From IMG/VR virus record IMGVR_UViG_3300024529_000001, positions 1 through 53,921 of that record: a DNA stretch of 53,921 nucleotides; one strand, written 5' to 3'. A model generated the notes under the pieces. The model did no database searches and had not been told where the DNA came from. It saw only the letters and a list, made by a program, of their open reading frames with translations. How positions within the stretch are numbered: position 1 is the first letter of the stretch; each line of letters opens with the position of its first letter. Shown here piece by piece: positions 37,675 through 48,500 of the stretch. The stretch is from a virus. Its lineage: Duplodnaviria; Caudoviricetes. The translations under genes were made by a program, and so were the position numbers.

Positions 37675-40600
37675 TTAACAATTATTTTTAGTTTTATTAC
37701 TTGAATTTTTCATTGCAGCAAGCGGATCTATTGCATCATCAAATCCTTTTTTGATTTGGTCATTAGAAATTTCTATATTATTTTGATTTTCATTTGCTGC
37801 ACCAGCTTCCCCATCAGTTGGATTTACATCATCATCTTCAATAGGAGCAGTATCATTAATAAGTTTAAAACTTTTATCTTTCATAATTTCTTCTGTAAAT
37901 TCATATTCTTCTAAATCAGCAATGTTAACAGATTTATATAATATTTCATCATTTGTTTTATTCATAATATAATATTTTTTTCTTTTATATTTAAATACCT
38001 GACCTACTTCAATATCTTCAATAGGCACATTAGATAATACTTCATTTAAATACTCATTTAAGATTTCATCAATATCATTTATTTCATCATTATATAATTT
38101 TATTTCATCTTTACCTTTTCCAATTTTATCATTATTTGATGTAAATTCATTTGTCCATCTTTCAAATTCTTGATCTGCATTTGATCCAGCTTTTTTAAGT
38201 CTATCTTTTATTTCATTTATATAATTTGAAATTATACTTTGTCTTTCATGTTCATCTATATCTGGAGTTGTTTTCATTCTTTCAAATGAATATACATTCA
38301 TTTTACCTTGACCTTCAAAATAATTTTTTAAAGTTTGAGGCATATAAACAGTCAATAAATCTGTACCTTCTTGATATTCATATTTTTCAGTATTAACTTT
38401 ATCTGCTTTTGTAGGATAATTTTTTAATATACCTCTTAATGTATTTAATTTATTTTCTCTACCTAAAACTTCATCAAAACTAATGTAACCAAAATATTTT
38501 AATTTAAGACTATTTTTAGCATCTATAAAGGTTTGTCCTTTATCTTTCACTTCGTCTAAATTTTTTATTTTATTGTTCACACCTTTAAAAAAGTATCCTG
38601 ACCTTGCATCTGGATCTAATTCATTTATTATTTCATCATTTAATGTAATAGTTAAATCTGTAGGTTGAGATTCAGATGATAATTGTGCTAGTTTATTTTC
38701 TAATCCTTCTATTTTTGCATTTTGAGCTTGAATTATAGGACTACTACTTTCATAGTCATCTAACAACTCTTCTAATTGTTTGTAAGCATTTTTTATGGCT
38801 TCTTCTAATTTTTCTATTTCAGTAAGCTTTTTCTTTTTAGTTTTTATTTTTGGGTCACCTTTTTTATTTTTAAAAGTATTTATAATTCCTGTTATAATTT
38901 TTTTATTCTTTTTGTCTTTGTACCAATTTTGAAATTCACCACCTTCTAAATTGTCTATATCAATATTATTTGTTTCTGCAAACTTTAAAAATCTGTTTTG
39001 TAACTTTTCAAATAATTCTTTTGGAAGATCTTCAATTGCAGTATCTACAGATAATTCTTTTTCATCCTCTTTTCCTTTCCCTTTTTCCTCCCCTTCTTCT
39101 TCTTCTACTACTACATCCGTTGTCACATTTATACTAGGTAATTTAGATTCTTTTAAGAATTCATCAACTACCTTTTGTATTTCCGCTAAATCTTTTTCAT
39201 CAGTTACTTCCTGTCCTGCATTTTCTTTATCATCAAACTTATAATAAAAAGGTATTTTTTGATTCATACCACTATTGCCTTTAGTTATTACTGGTAACCA
39301 AATTGGCTGTATCCAATAACCCGCATCCCATAATTTATTTGCAAAAATATTTCCGTTTAAAAGATTTCTATATTTATCATATGCATATCTTAAATCTTCT
39401 TCTTTGTTACTAAAATTTCTTTGAAATTCTTTAAAGGCATTTTGTCTAAACTTTTCAAATCCTCCTGGATTCAAAAGTATATTAACTGCATTTTCTAGAT
39501 TTAAAGCATCTGACTCAAGCTCATGATGATCAAGTATAAGTTCAAATGATTCTCTTATTTTATCACTTGTTATATATTCTCCATTTGATCTTGCCAAAAC
39601 TTTTAAGTAATCTTCATATAAATCAAAAAGATCATTAACTACCCTTTCAGTATTTTTTGCATTTTGAACGCTTAAATAAGAAATATTATTTTTTGATACT
39701 GTAACAGTTTTACCATCTGACCTTTTAACTTTTACTTTACCATCATCTAGTTCTTCTATAATAGTTCCTTTAATTTTTTGTTTTTTACCATTTAAAGTTC
39801 CTTCATATTGAATCTCAGTTTCATCAGCTGGTTTATCTTTTTTCTTTTTCTTAAATTCTTCTTTTATTTCTGATAGTTTAGTATTGAATGTCTCTAATTT
39901 TTCTCTTTTATCCTTAAGATTTTTAAGTTGTTTTTTCTGAGACTTGGTCATTGATTCATTTTGCTCTCTTGAAAATATATCAGAATTTAATATATCCAAC
40001 TCTTGATTCATACTAATTTCATTTAATAGTATAGTAAAATCAGTTGATGATACTTTTGACAAAGGTTTATTTGAACTAATAGTATTTGCTATATTAGTCA
40101 TCCTTTCTAATGTCTTATCAAAACTATATTGCATAAATACAAGTTTATCTTTTGCGTCTTCAAATGATATATAATTTTCTTCTGCTTGCTCTCTTTCTAT
40201 AGTATCTGGTTTAAATGCATTTGGATTAAATGGATTTACTTCTTGATCTGCTATTGTTTTTCTTTTCTTTATATTTTCAGCATTATCTAAAACACTTTGT
40301 AACTTAGCTCTTAAATCAGTATTTTCTAATTCTTCAAGAGTCATAGAAGAACTAAAAGCTTCTTGTAAAGATTGATCATCTAATTCTTGAAATTGTTTTA
40401 TTCTGTCTACAAAACCATCATATAAACCTAATTTTAATACACTAGATACATGAGTATATTGTTGAGTATTAACAAGGTCCCTATATGCTTTAACATCTCC
40501 ACTTTTTATTGCATCAATTTTAGCTTGTTCAATTCTTGTTTGATTTACTACATTATCTTGTAAGGCGTTTGCATATTTAAGAGGACTACTAAAAACTTCA

Positions 40601-42387
40601 TTTAGCATTTTTATATTTGCTTCTCTTACATCTTCTTCTTTTTTTTGATTTGCTTTATATTTAGCAGCTCTACTTCCTGTTCTAGCATAAACATCTAGAG
40701 CAGCGGATTTAGCTCCTCCAGTAAACCCTACTAATCCACCCATTGTAAATCCAGACATAAACACTCCAAAGCCTTCCATACTTTTCATAGTGTTCATTCC
40801 TTGTATCATAGTATTATAATAACCTCCTCTTTCTAATTCATCTTTAACATAGTAATCAGTTAATCCTGCAGCAATTCCTTCTTGATATAATTCTTGAACA
40901 CCTTCTGCCCAGTTTCTTGAAGTGTATTTTCCTATATTTCTTGCAATATTTTTAGGTTTATAAAATCTTTTTAACCAAGGTTTTGCAGTAAAATTTTCAA
41001 TTGTTGCTGAACCACCTTTTGCTACTTTTGAAACATCAGCAATCTGACCTCCAGGAAGCTTAGATTTAAATCTTCTAAAAGGTTGCATTATACCATCAAA
41101 TACAATTTGGTTAGTTCCATATATTAATGGAAAATTCCAAAGTAAAGTTTCATATCCAGCTTTCTTAGAATCATGTGTTATTGATTTTACTTGTTCTTCT
41201 GAAATAGGACCTTCTTGTTTATCAAGTTCTTCATATCTTTTTTTAGAAACTTCTAGTTCAACTAAACCTGCTTCAAGTTTAGACTCAGCTAATGCCATAT
41301 TAACATTACGCACATCTCTAACCATAGCTCCAAACATAGTGTAGCCATCAATAAAATCAACAGCATTTTCAGTTGATTTAACTTTGTTTGCTGCACTTTT
41401 TGCAGCTAATAATCTTCCTGTACCTATACTACCTTCAAGTGGATTTATAATTTTTCCAGTGTTTTTAACTGTATTCCATGCTACTCTAGCTGCACCAAGT
41501 TCATTAATTTTTTTCATGTCACTAATGAGTCCTCCTCCTACTCTTCCAAACTTACCAATTGAACTCATTCTTGCACTTGCCTGTATACCTTGTTTAAATC
41601 TAAATGCCCCATGTGCCATTTTTGCTAAAAAAGGAGTAGCTCCAGCACCACCTGCAGGAGCAGTACCTATACCAGCTAAAGCAGCACCAAAAACTAATGC
41701 AGCTTCTTCTGCCATAAATGCTCCAATCATACCAAAGGTCATTCCTGAATTTATAACAGTATTATTTGCCCAAGAAGCAATACCTTCTCTAGATGAACTA
41801 CCAATAGCCATTGCTCTTTCCATTCCTCTTGCACCTTCAAGATCAGAACCTGTTATGTCACCAGAAAATATATCACCATAACTTGTAAAATAATTTTTAA
41901 AACCAACTCCAAAAACATTCCAAAATTGATTATTACCTCTTTGCCAATCTTTCCATCCAGAACTATGATTATTATATAAAGTTTCATTATCTCTAAAAGG
42001 AGAAAATCCTAATTTTTGAAATAAACCAGAATCTGTATGACTTGAATATCTTTCAAAGTTGTAACCATCATAATCTGCATTGTAAGTACCAACAGCACCT
42101 GCTATATTATCATCTGTAGAATTACTTATAGCATTTGAAATATTATTATTAAAACGAGCCACTGGATCATCAACTACTTGACGTGGAGGATTATTTAAAT
42201 TACCAGCTTCAGTATTTGAAATTGCTATATTCTTATATGGACCATTATCCCACGGAGATTCAGGACTTAGTAAATCAGGAAAATTTGGAGTTAAATCAGG
42301 TTGATTAACATCCATATTCAGACCTTGATTAGAAGGATTAAATAAAGAACTATTATCTAGTTCTGGAATATCTTGTTCTTCATCCAT
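37675..42387 (-). CDS. large virion cargo/ejection protein with Gly/Ala-rich membrane segments (1570 aa)
   Basis: FGMIGAFMAEEAALVFGAALAGIGTAPAGGAG, EGVQELYQ, FMSGFTMGGLVG; coiled coils; immediately upstream of the RNAP. Confidence 0.7.
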   Translation of the reverse strand: MDEEQDIPELDNSSLFNPSNQGLNMDVNQPDLTPNFPDLLSPESPWDNGPYKNIAISNTEAGNLNNPPRQVVDDPVARFNNNISNAISNSTDDNIAGAVGTYNADYDGYNFERYSSHTDSGLFQKLGFSPFRDNETLYNNHSSGWKDWQRGNNQFWNVFGVGFKNYFTSYGDIFSGDITGSDLEGARGMERAMAIGSSSREGIASWANNTVINSGMTFGMIGAFMAEEAALVFGAALAGIGTAPAGGAGATPFLAKMAHGAFRFKQGIQASARMSSIGKFGRVGGGLISDMKKINELGAARVAWNTVKNTGKIINPLEGSIGTGRLLAAKSAANKVKSTENAVDFIDGYTMFGAMVRDVRNVNMALAESKLEAGLVELEVSKKRYEELDKQEGPISEEQVKSITHDSKKAGYETLLWNFPLIYGTNQIVFDGIMQPFRRFKSKLPGGQIADVSKVAKGGSATIENFTAKPWLKRFYKPKNIARNIGKYTSRNWAEGVQELYQEGIAAGLTDYYVKDELERGGYYNTMIQGMNTMKSMEGFGVFMSGFTMGGLVGFTGGAKSAALDVYARTGSRAAKYKANQKKEEDVREANIKMLNEVFSSPLKYANALQDNVVNQTRIEQAKIDAIKSGDVKAYRDLVNTQQYTHVSSVLKLGLYDGFVDRIKQFQELDDQSLQEAFSSSMTLEELENTDLRAKLQSVLDNAENIKKRKTIADQEVNPFNPNAFKPDTIEREQAEENYISFEDAKDKLVFMQYSFDKTLERMTNIANTISSNKPLSKVSSTDFTILLNEISMNQELDILNSDIFSREQNESMTKSQKKQLKNLKDKREKLETFNTKLSEIKEEFKKKKKDKPADETEIQYEGTLNGKKQKIKGTIIEELDDGKVKVKRSDGKTVTVSKNNISYLSVQNAKNTERVVNDLFDLYEDYLKVLARSNGEYITSDKIRESFELILDHHELESDALNLENAVNILLNPGGFEKFRQNAFKEFQRNFSNKEEDLRYAYDKYRNLLNGNIFANKLWDAGYWIQPIWLPVITKGNSGMNQKIPFYYKFDDKENAGQEVTDEKDLAEIQKVVDEFLKESKLPSINVTTDVVVEEEEGEEKGKGKEDEKELSVDTAIEDLPKELFEKLQNRFLKFAETNNIDIDNLEGGEFQNWYKDKKNKKIITGIINTFKNKKGDPKIKTKKKKLTEIEKLEEAIKNAYKQLEELLDDYESSSPIIQAQNAKIEGLENKLAQLSSESQPTDLTITLNDEIINELDPDARSGYFFKGVNNKIKNLDEVKDKGQTFIDAKNSLKLKYFGYISFDEVLGRENKLNTLRGILKNYPTKADKVNTEKYEYQEGTDLLTVYMPQTLKNYFEGQGKMNVYSFERMKTTPDIDEHERQSIISNYINEIKDRLKKAGSNADQEFERWTNEFTSNNDKIGKGKDEIKLYNDEINDIDEILNEYLNEVLSNVPIEDIEVGQVFKYKRKKYYIMNKTNDEILYKSVNIADLEEYEFTEEIMKDKSFKLINDTAPIEDDDVNPTDGEAGAANENQNNIEISNDQIKKGFDDAIDPLAAMKNSSNKTKNNC

Positions 42388-42392
42388 ATGAA

Positions 42393-45300
42393 TTATTTCT
42401 TAATAGAATTATTATAATCATTAATAACACTAATATTATAAGATTCATTTTCTTGTAATATTGCCCATAAATTATTAAACATCTCATCAGCATTATAATC
42501 TTCATCAATTAGTTCAGAATGAGAGTATGGTACTGAAACATCAGTTAACATATCATCACCGTTTTTATCTTTAATTATTTTATTAGTTAATACTGTACCC
42601 TTAACAACTAAATATCTTTGACCATTCTCTTCAACAACATTAGCAAATGTAGTTCCTGAAGTATTTGAAAACTCAGTAATTTTAATTTCATTTAATAAAT
42701 TTTGATCAATTCTATCTTCTTTAGAAACATAAAGATCTACATCTTCTATTTGATCTTTTGGAACTTTATATATAATACCTTTATTATATTCACTCCAATC
42801 ATATGTAGCTCCTTGTAAGTTTTCAGTTCCTGAATGTTTTTTTACAAAGTCAAGACTAGGTGTAACTTTAAAATAAGAATAATCAGGATCTGCATCAGTT
42901 CCCTCATCTAAAGGAAATAAAGGATTAAACTCAACTTTAAAATCATAACCTTTACTATTATTATCAGTTAAGTCATCTAATACTAAATCTGATATAGCAG
43001 ATTTTTTAGAGTCATTTGATGATATATCCCCCTCAATAATAGTTTCTATATTAGGATTATTTTTTATAATATCTGCAATTTGAAAAACTTCTTCATTTGC
43101 AGGTGAATCATCAAATTTTGTATTAATGTTCATTAAAGTAGTTTTTGCTGTTAATTCATTTCCACCTTTAGTATCAATTCCATCAAAACGAGGAACATGT
43201 TGTGCAGCAAACTCAAAAAATCCATTTGAAGCACTTTTATAAATATCTACTGCATGATATGTTGCAATATCTTTCCAGTCTTTTTTTAGTTTTTTTGGTA
43301 TACCCATCAATGTTGATCCTGAAGTCCAATATTTTGTTACTTCATCTCCAAACTCTTTATAAAATCCTGTTCCTCCTCCTTGAATACCTGTTACTTGACC
43401 CTTTTTTACTAAATACAAATAATCTTTTATAAATTCATCTTCTGTTTTTAAAGTACTACCAACTGGTGCTTTAAAATCAATAAGCATTGAATTTATTTGT
43501 TCAACACTTAATTCATCTTTTTTAGGATATAGATTATGCATAGTTTCATAATCTCCATCATATTTTTTTCCATCTTTTTCTCCCTTATAAAATATATCAA
43601 TATTCTTATCTATAGCAGTTTGTGTTTGCTTATTTACTTTAATTATTTTATTATTAGATTTAGCCATTTCTCTTCTCACTGAACTTAAATTGTATTCTGT
43701 ATTATTCCATGCTTCTTTTGCTTTATCATCTAACATATTTGGATATAAACCAGCATTTTTAGCTTCAGGGGAATTTAAATCAGGTTGATAATCATGATAA
43801 TTATTTATTAAACCGTCTATATAAGAATTTACCATTTGAATACTAGGTTTCCCTTCACCAGCATTATCAGGAAGTGCGGAGATCATCTCTTTTAACGCTG
43901 AAGGTCCCATAGTATTTATTGTATCAGGATCAGTAATACCTAAAATATCATATAAACCAGGAGCTGTTAATTTATATAAATCTGAATTTTGTGATATATT
44001 ATCTATAAAAAGCTGAGGATAATTTTTAGTATAATATTTTATTTTTTCACCTTCGTCATTACTTACTTCTTCAACTAATGTTATTAATTCTTTTCCTTGA
44101 TCTGCCAATGGTTTTTTATTTAACTTTTGATTAATTGAATTATTAGTTCTTATTTTATTTACTCTATCTTCATATGCAATTTTAGCTTTTTCTTCTTTAG
44201 TTAGCTTTTTATTTTTACCACCTTCTAATTTATTTTTAGCAATCATTTTTATTATATCCAGATCATGCTGACGTTCCATTCTATTAAGAGCTAATTCATG
44301 ATCATATCCTGATTTTGCAAACTGATTTATTTTAACTTCTTGTTTTACTCTTCCTTCTTGCCAAGATTTAGCAAAACCGTTTATTTCAGTTTGTAATAAC
44401 TCTTGTGCTACAATACTATTGATTCTATCTTTATATGTATTAATATCATTTATATCAATACCATTAGTTAAAAGATAATTTACTTTTACTAATCTTTGTT
44501 TTTCTGCTTCAACTACTTGTTTTTCACTTTGTAATTGAGCAACTCTTTCAGTTTTTAAATTATTATTAGGAGATTCATGGTTTTTAAGATACTTTTCAAA
44601 CAAACTTAACTCTTGATCAACTTCATTAGAAACTCTATTAATTTGTAAATCTTGTTCATCATAAATATCATATAAAGCGTTTAAAGCATTCATCGCATAT
44701 TTTGATTCAGCTTCTTCAGGAGTAGCAAAATATTTTTCATTTTCACCTAACCAATTTCTTTTTTGCAAATCAGCTTTAACATTATAATAAGATGTGTATT
44801 TAGGATCATTTGCAAACACACTATTTAAATAACTAGTTAAAGGAGCTTTTAGTGCTTCACCGTTTTCAGTAGTAAATATATATTGACCTTTGTTTCCTTC
44901 AAAAGTTACAACTTTAGTTTCAAACCCTGCATCTTTTAATAACTTAGTAGCATCTTTAGCTAAGTTTTGAGCAGGAACATATGAAGGTGCTCGCATTGAT
45001 AAAGCTTCTTCATCTGTAGAATTAGCGTAATCTTGAGCTTGATAATTTAAATGTTGAACACCACCATCCCAATACATTCCATCACATTTTTCTGGATCAG
45101 TACATCTCTTTAGTGCATCAGCTTGACCATATGAAGATTTTAATTTCTTAGTATATGAAACATCATGTATAAAGTTCTCATTTTCATATAAAGGTTTAAA
45201 CAAGTCTGTTGCTGCTCTTAAGTTTTGTTGATTAGATAAATCAACAGAAGATAATCTTTTAATTTCAAAATCAGCAAGTTTTAAAAACTCATCTCTCATT

Positions 45301-45485
45301 TGAATATCACTAGGACGTGTTAAATCACTATTAAATAAGCTACCATATAATGAATTAACTTTATCAAAATTAGTATCATATTGTTTTTGTCTACGTAACA
45401 AAGCATTTTGATACAACTGCAAATTAGGTTGCCATGGTTGTATTTGTGGTACGTATTCTGGTATGTCTTTAATATATTGTGGCAT
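42393..45485 (-). CDS. virion cargo protein (1030 aa)
   Basis: Large helical ORF in the cargo operon; N-terminus PWQPNLQLYQNAL...QYD resembles crAss-like internal proteins. Confidence 0.6.
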   Translation of the reverse strand: MPQYIKDIPEYVPQIQPWQPNLQLYQNALLRRQKQYDTNFDKVNSLYGSLFNSDLTRPSDIQMRDEFLKLADFEIKRLSSVDLSNQQNLRAATDLFKPLYENENFIHDVSYTKKLKSSYGQADALKRCTDPEKCDGMYWDGGVQHLNYQAQDYANSTDEEALSMRAPSYVPAQNLAKDATKLLKDAGFETKVVTFEGNKGQYIFTTENGEALKAPLTSYLNSVFANDPKYTSYYNVKADLQKRNWLGENEKYFATPEEAESKYAMNALNALYDIYDEQDLQINRVSNEVDQELSLFEKYLKNHESPNNNLKTERVAQLQSEKQVVEAEKQRLVKVNYLLTNGIDINDINTYKDRINSIVAQELLQTEINGFAKSWQEGRVKQEVKINQFAKSGYDHELALNRMERQHDLDIIKMIAKNKLEGGKNKKLTKEEKAKIAYEDRVNKIRTNNSINQKLNKKPLADQGKELITLVEEVSNDEGEKIKYYTKNYPQLFIDNISQNSDLYKLTAPGLYDILGITDPDTINTMGPSALKEMISALPDNAGEGKPSIQMVNSYIDGLINNYHDYQPDLNSPEAKNAGLYPNMLDDKAKEAWNNTEYNLSSVRREMAKSNNKIIKVNKQTQTAIDKNIDIFYKGEKDGKKYDGDYETMHNLYPKKDELSVEQINSMLIDFKAPVGSTLKTEDEFIKDYLYLVKKGQVTGIQGGGTGFYKEFGDEVTKYWTSGSTLMGIPKKLKKDWKDIATYHAVDIYKSASNGFFEFAAQHVPRFDGIDTKGGNELTAKTTLMNINTKFDDSPANEEVFQIADIIKNNPNIETIIEGDISSNDSKKSAISDLVLDDLTDNNSKGYDFKVEFNPLFPLDEGTDADPDYSYFKVTPSLDFVKKHSGTENLQGATYDWSEYNKGIIYKVPKDQIEDVDLYVSKEDRIDQNLLNEIKITEFSNTSGTTFANVVEENGQRYLVVKGTVLTNKIIKDKNGDDMLTDVSVPYSHSELIDEDYNADEMFNNLWAILQENESYNISVINDYNNSIKK

Positions 45486-45488
45486 GAT

Positions 45489-45502
45489 TGTAAATATACA
45501 AA
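45489..45502 (-). promoter_or_regulatory. TTTGTATATTTACA candidate promoter element
   Basis: Fills the 21-nt intergenic gap and ends 3 nt before the ATG at 45485. Confidence 0.45.
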
Positions 45503-45506
45503 TTAA

Positions 45507-48500
45507 TTAACTATAATATCTAGGGTCTATATTAGGATTTCTTAGTCCTTTCATGTATGCTGAGTATTGATTATTAGGTGTATATGCAGAGGCTCTATTT
45601 TGTTTTTGCCAAGTCTTCATTTTATTATACCTATCAAACTCTTCTTTAGGTAATTGTCTAAGTTCATCCCAACTTAATTCTGGAGACTTTCTTCCATCAA
45701 GTTGATTACCTGGACCTACAAAATTAGGAGCAAAGTTTGTTATACCATACTGATCAGTAGCTAATAAACCTAAATTAATTGCATTTTCTGCATCTGATTT
45801 ATTTAACATTCTGCCTATGTCATTTCTCATTAACCATCTCTTACGATAATTTAAATCTTCTTTATTTAAATCTGCAAAATAATCACTAAGCTCTCTTGCA
45901 TTTAATGCATTAAGTTGAGAGTCTGCTTGAAAACGTCTAGTTGCATCTTGGTTTAATATATTAACATTTGCTTGATCAATACTATTAGATACTTTCATTT
46001 GATTTTCAAAGTCAGGAGCAATCATTTGTTTATTCCCTGCATATGATCTTTGCATTTCTCTTTGTGCATTTGTATCTGCTAAAACTTTATTTGCTAAATA
46101 ATCTTTTTCTAATAAAGCAACATCTGAATCAGCTCCAGGAGTCATAACAAAATCTCTTTTTTCTTTTGGTGGAATACGAAGACCTCTTAAAAAATTATTT
46201 GGATTTACATATCCATAATTAGGTTGTACATAACCTGGTTTAGTAACATCCATTGGAGTTTTTTCTTTTTCTTCAGGTTCTTCAATAACTTTATCAGTTA
46301 CTATATCTACCATATCAATGTAGGGATTAAAATTATGATGACTAAAACCATATTTATTATTTGTTCCAATTTTTTGTTCTAATTCTGCTATTTTTGCTTG
46401 CTTTTGAGCTGTTGGAAGATTTGAATTTTTAATTTTTTCCAGTTCTTCATATTCAAACTTACCTCTTAAATCAGGTATATCAATACCTGACTCTTTACTA
46501 ATTTTCATTAAGTTATTTATTGAAGCATAATAAGCTTTACCAGCTGGAGTATCTAATTTATTTTCTGGAATATACTCTGCTTTTCCTTTACCTAATGTCT
46601 TTCCTGCCTTCCAATAATCTCTTTCTATAATTGCTTTATTCCTAAGATAATCATCTATTGCATTTTTAAGTGCCATTGCTTTAGTTCTAGTAGTTTTACC
46701 AGACCACTGTCTATTATCTTTACTTGAATCAATTTCTACTCTTTTTTTAGTTACAGGATCCCATACCCAACCATCATGTAAACCTAATACTTTTACCATA
46801 TCATCATCTACTTCATCTCCTCCTTGGTATTTCTTATAAGAGCCTCCATGTCTGTATTCTGGTTTTGCAGATGAAAATGTATCTTTATTAAGCCATTCAT
46901 ATATTTTTTTATTTTGTTCTTTTATAACTGCTGGATCAGAAGTCATACCAGAAGATATTATTCCTGCATCTAAAGCATCCATTGACTCTTGTAAACTAGG
47001 TTTAAAACCTTCAGGCATTTCAGGAATATTTCTTACAACCTTAGTTCTTGAATCTTTACTTACATCACTTATTTCAGCAGGAACTTCTAAATTATGTCTC
47101 TTAGCAAGAGAATTAATTCTTTCTTTCCATGCTAAGTAATTTTCTCCTCTAGTATTTGGATCTGTATTTTTATAAATATCAGCTAATTCTTCAAGTAATC
47201 TATCAGGATCTACTTGATTTAAATCAATACCTTTTATATCATCAATATCTAATGTACCTTTAAGATACTTACTTCTGTCTTCAGAAGGTATTAAACCTTG
47301 TGCAATAGCTGCTGCAACTCTTGGATCCCATCCCATATTAACATTCATCATTCTCATCATTTCAGATTGAGGTGAATTAAATAATTGTACATTATTTTTT
47401 AATTCAGGAAATAATTTTCTAATACCTTGTTTTGGTTTATTATTTTTCATTTGTTTTTTTCCTGTAAGATCACCATCAATATCATATCCTGCTATTTCTT
47501 GTGGTGTATGAGGTGTAGAACCCATTGTTCCACTTTTTGATTCTCCAATATTTTCTTCCATTATAGATTGGAAATTATTAAAATCACCTTTAATAGCTGC
47601 ATCAATGTTAGCTCTTGTATTAGGATTTAAAGCTGTATTTTCAAAATCATGTGATTCTAAAATTTGTTTATTTCTATCTTTTACTCTTTGATCTCCAGTT
47701 CCTGTCATTCTTGCATTACCTTGCCTATCAACATTTGCATAAAGTCCTTGATCTTTATTTGCATAAAAGTTTTCATCACTAAAAGGATTGTTAGCTTCAT
47801 CTTGAGTATCATCTTTTCTAAAAGAATCTAGGAATCCTGATAAATTTCTTCTTTTGTTTCTTTCATCATATTGATTTCTTACATCTTCTAATGACATATT
47901 TTCATCAAATGTAAATGCATTTTTATTAGTATTTGTATCATTAAAGTATTCATTATAATTATACATTCTTCTACCTTCACCTAAATCATCATAACCTGGA
48001 GTTCCTCTTCTACCATCATTAAAACTTCTGTCATATAAATCTAAATTTGTAGGATCATCTAAACCTTCTTTAATTGTACTTCTATAATCTCTTTTTATTT
48101 TTCTAAAATCTCTAGGTGTAAGTCTTCCTTGCTCAGTATCATAAATTTGTGAAATAGGTGTTGTCCCTTCTTCTCCTGTAAAAGTTAATGGATTACCTTG
48201 TTTATCTTTAAATTCATCAAATCCTAATTCATTTAATTTAGATTCTAAACCGCCTTTTGGACTATAATAATCTTGAGATAACTTATCAGTATATGCATCT
48301 TTGTATTCATTAACTAAGAATCTATTAAATCTTTTATCATCTCTTCTATTTCGTCTTATTTCTCTTTGTTCAGGAGAAAAATAACCACGTTGAGCCATTG
48401 GTATATCCATTCCATATCTTGCCATTGGTTGTTCAGGCATTCTTTGTTCAGGCATTTGTTGTTGTTGTCCTTGTTCTTCTTGAGGCATAAACATTTGAGG

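Noticed and set aside
48430-48470. Short tandem repeat TGTTCAGGCATT encoding QQQQMPEQRMPEQPM
   Set aside because: Two copies in a low-complexity linker; ordinary slippage, not an array
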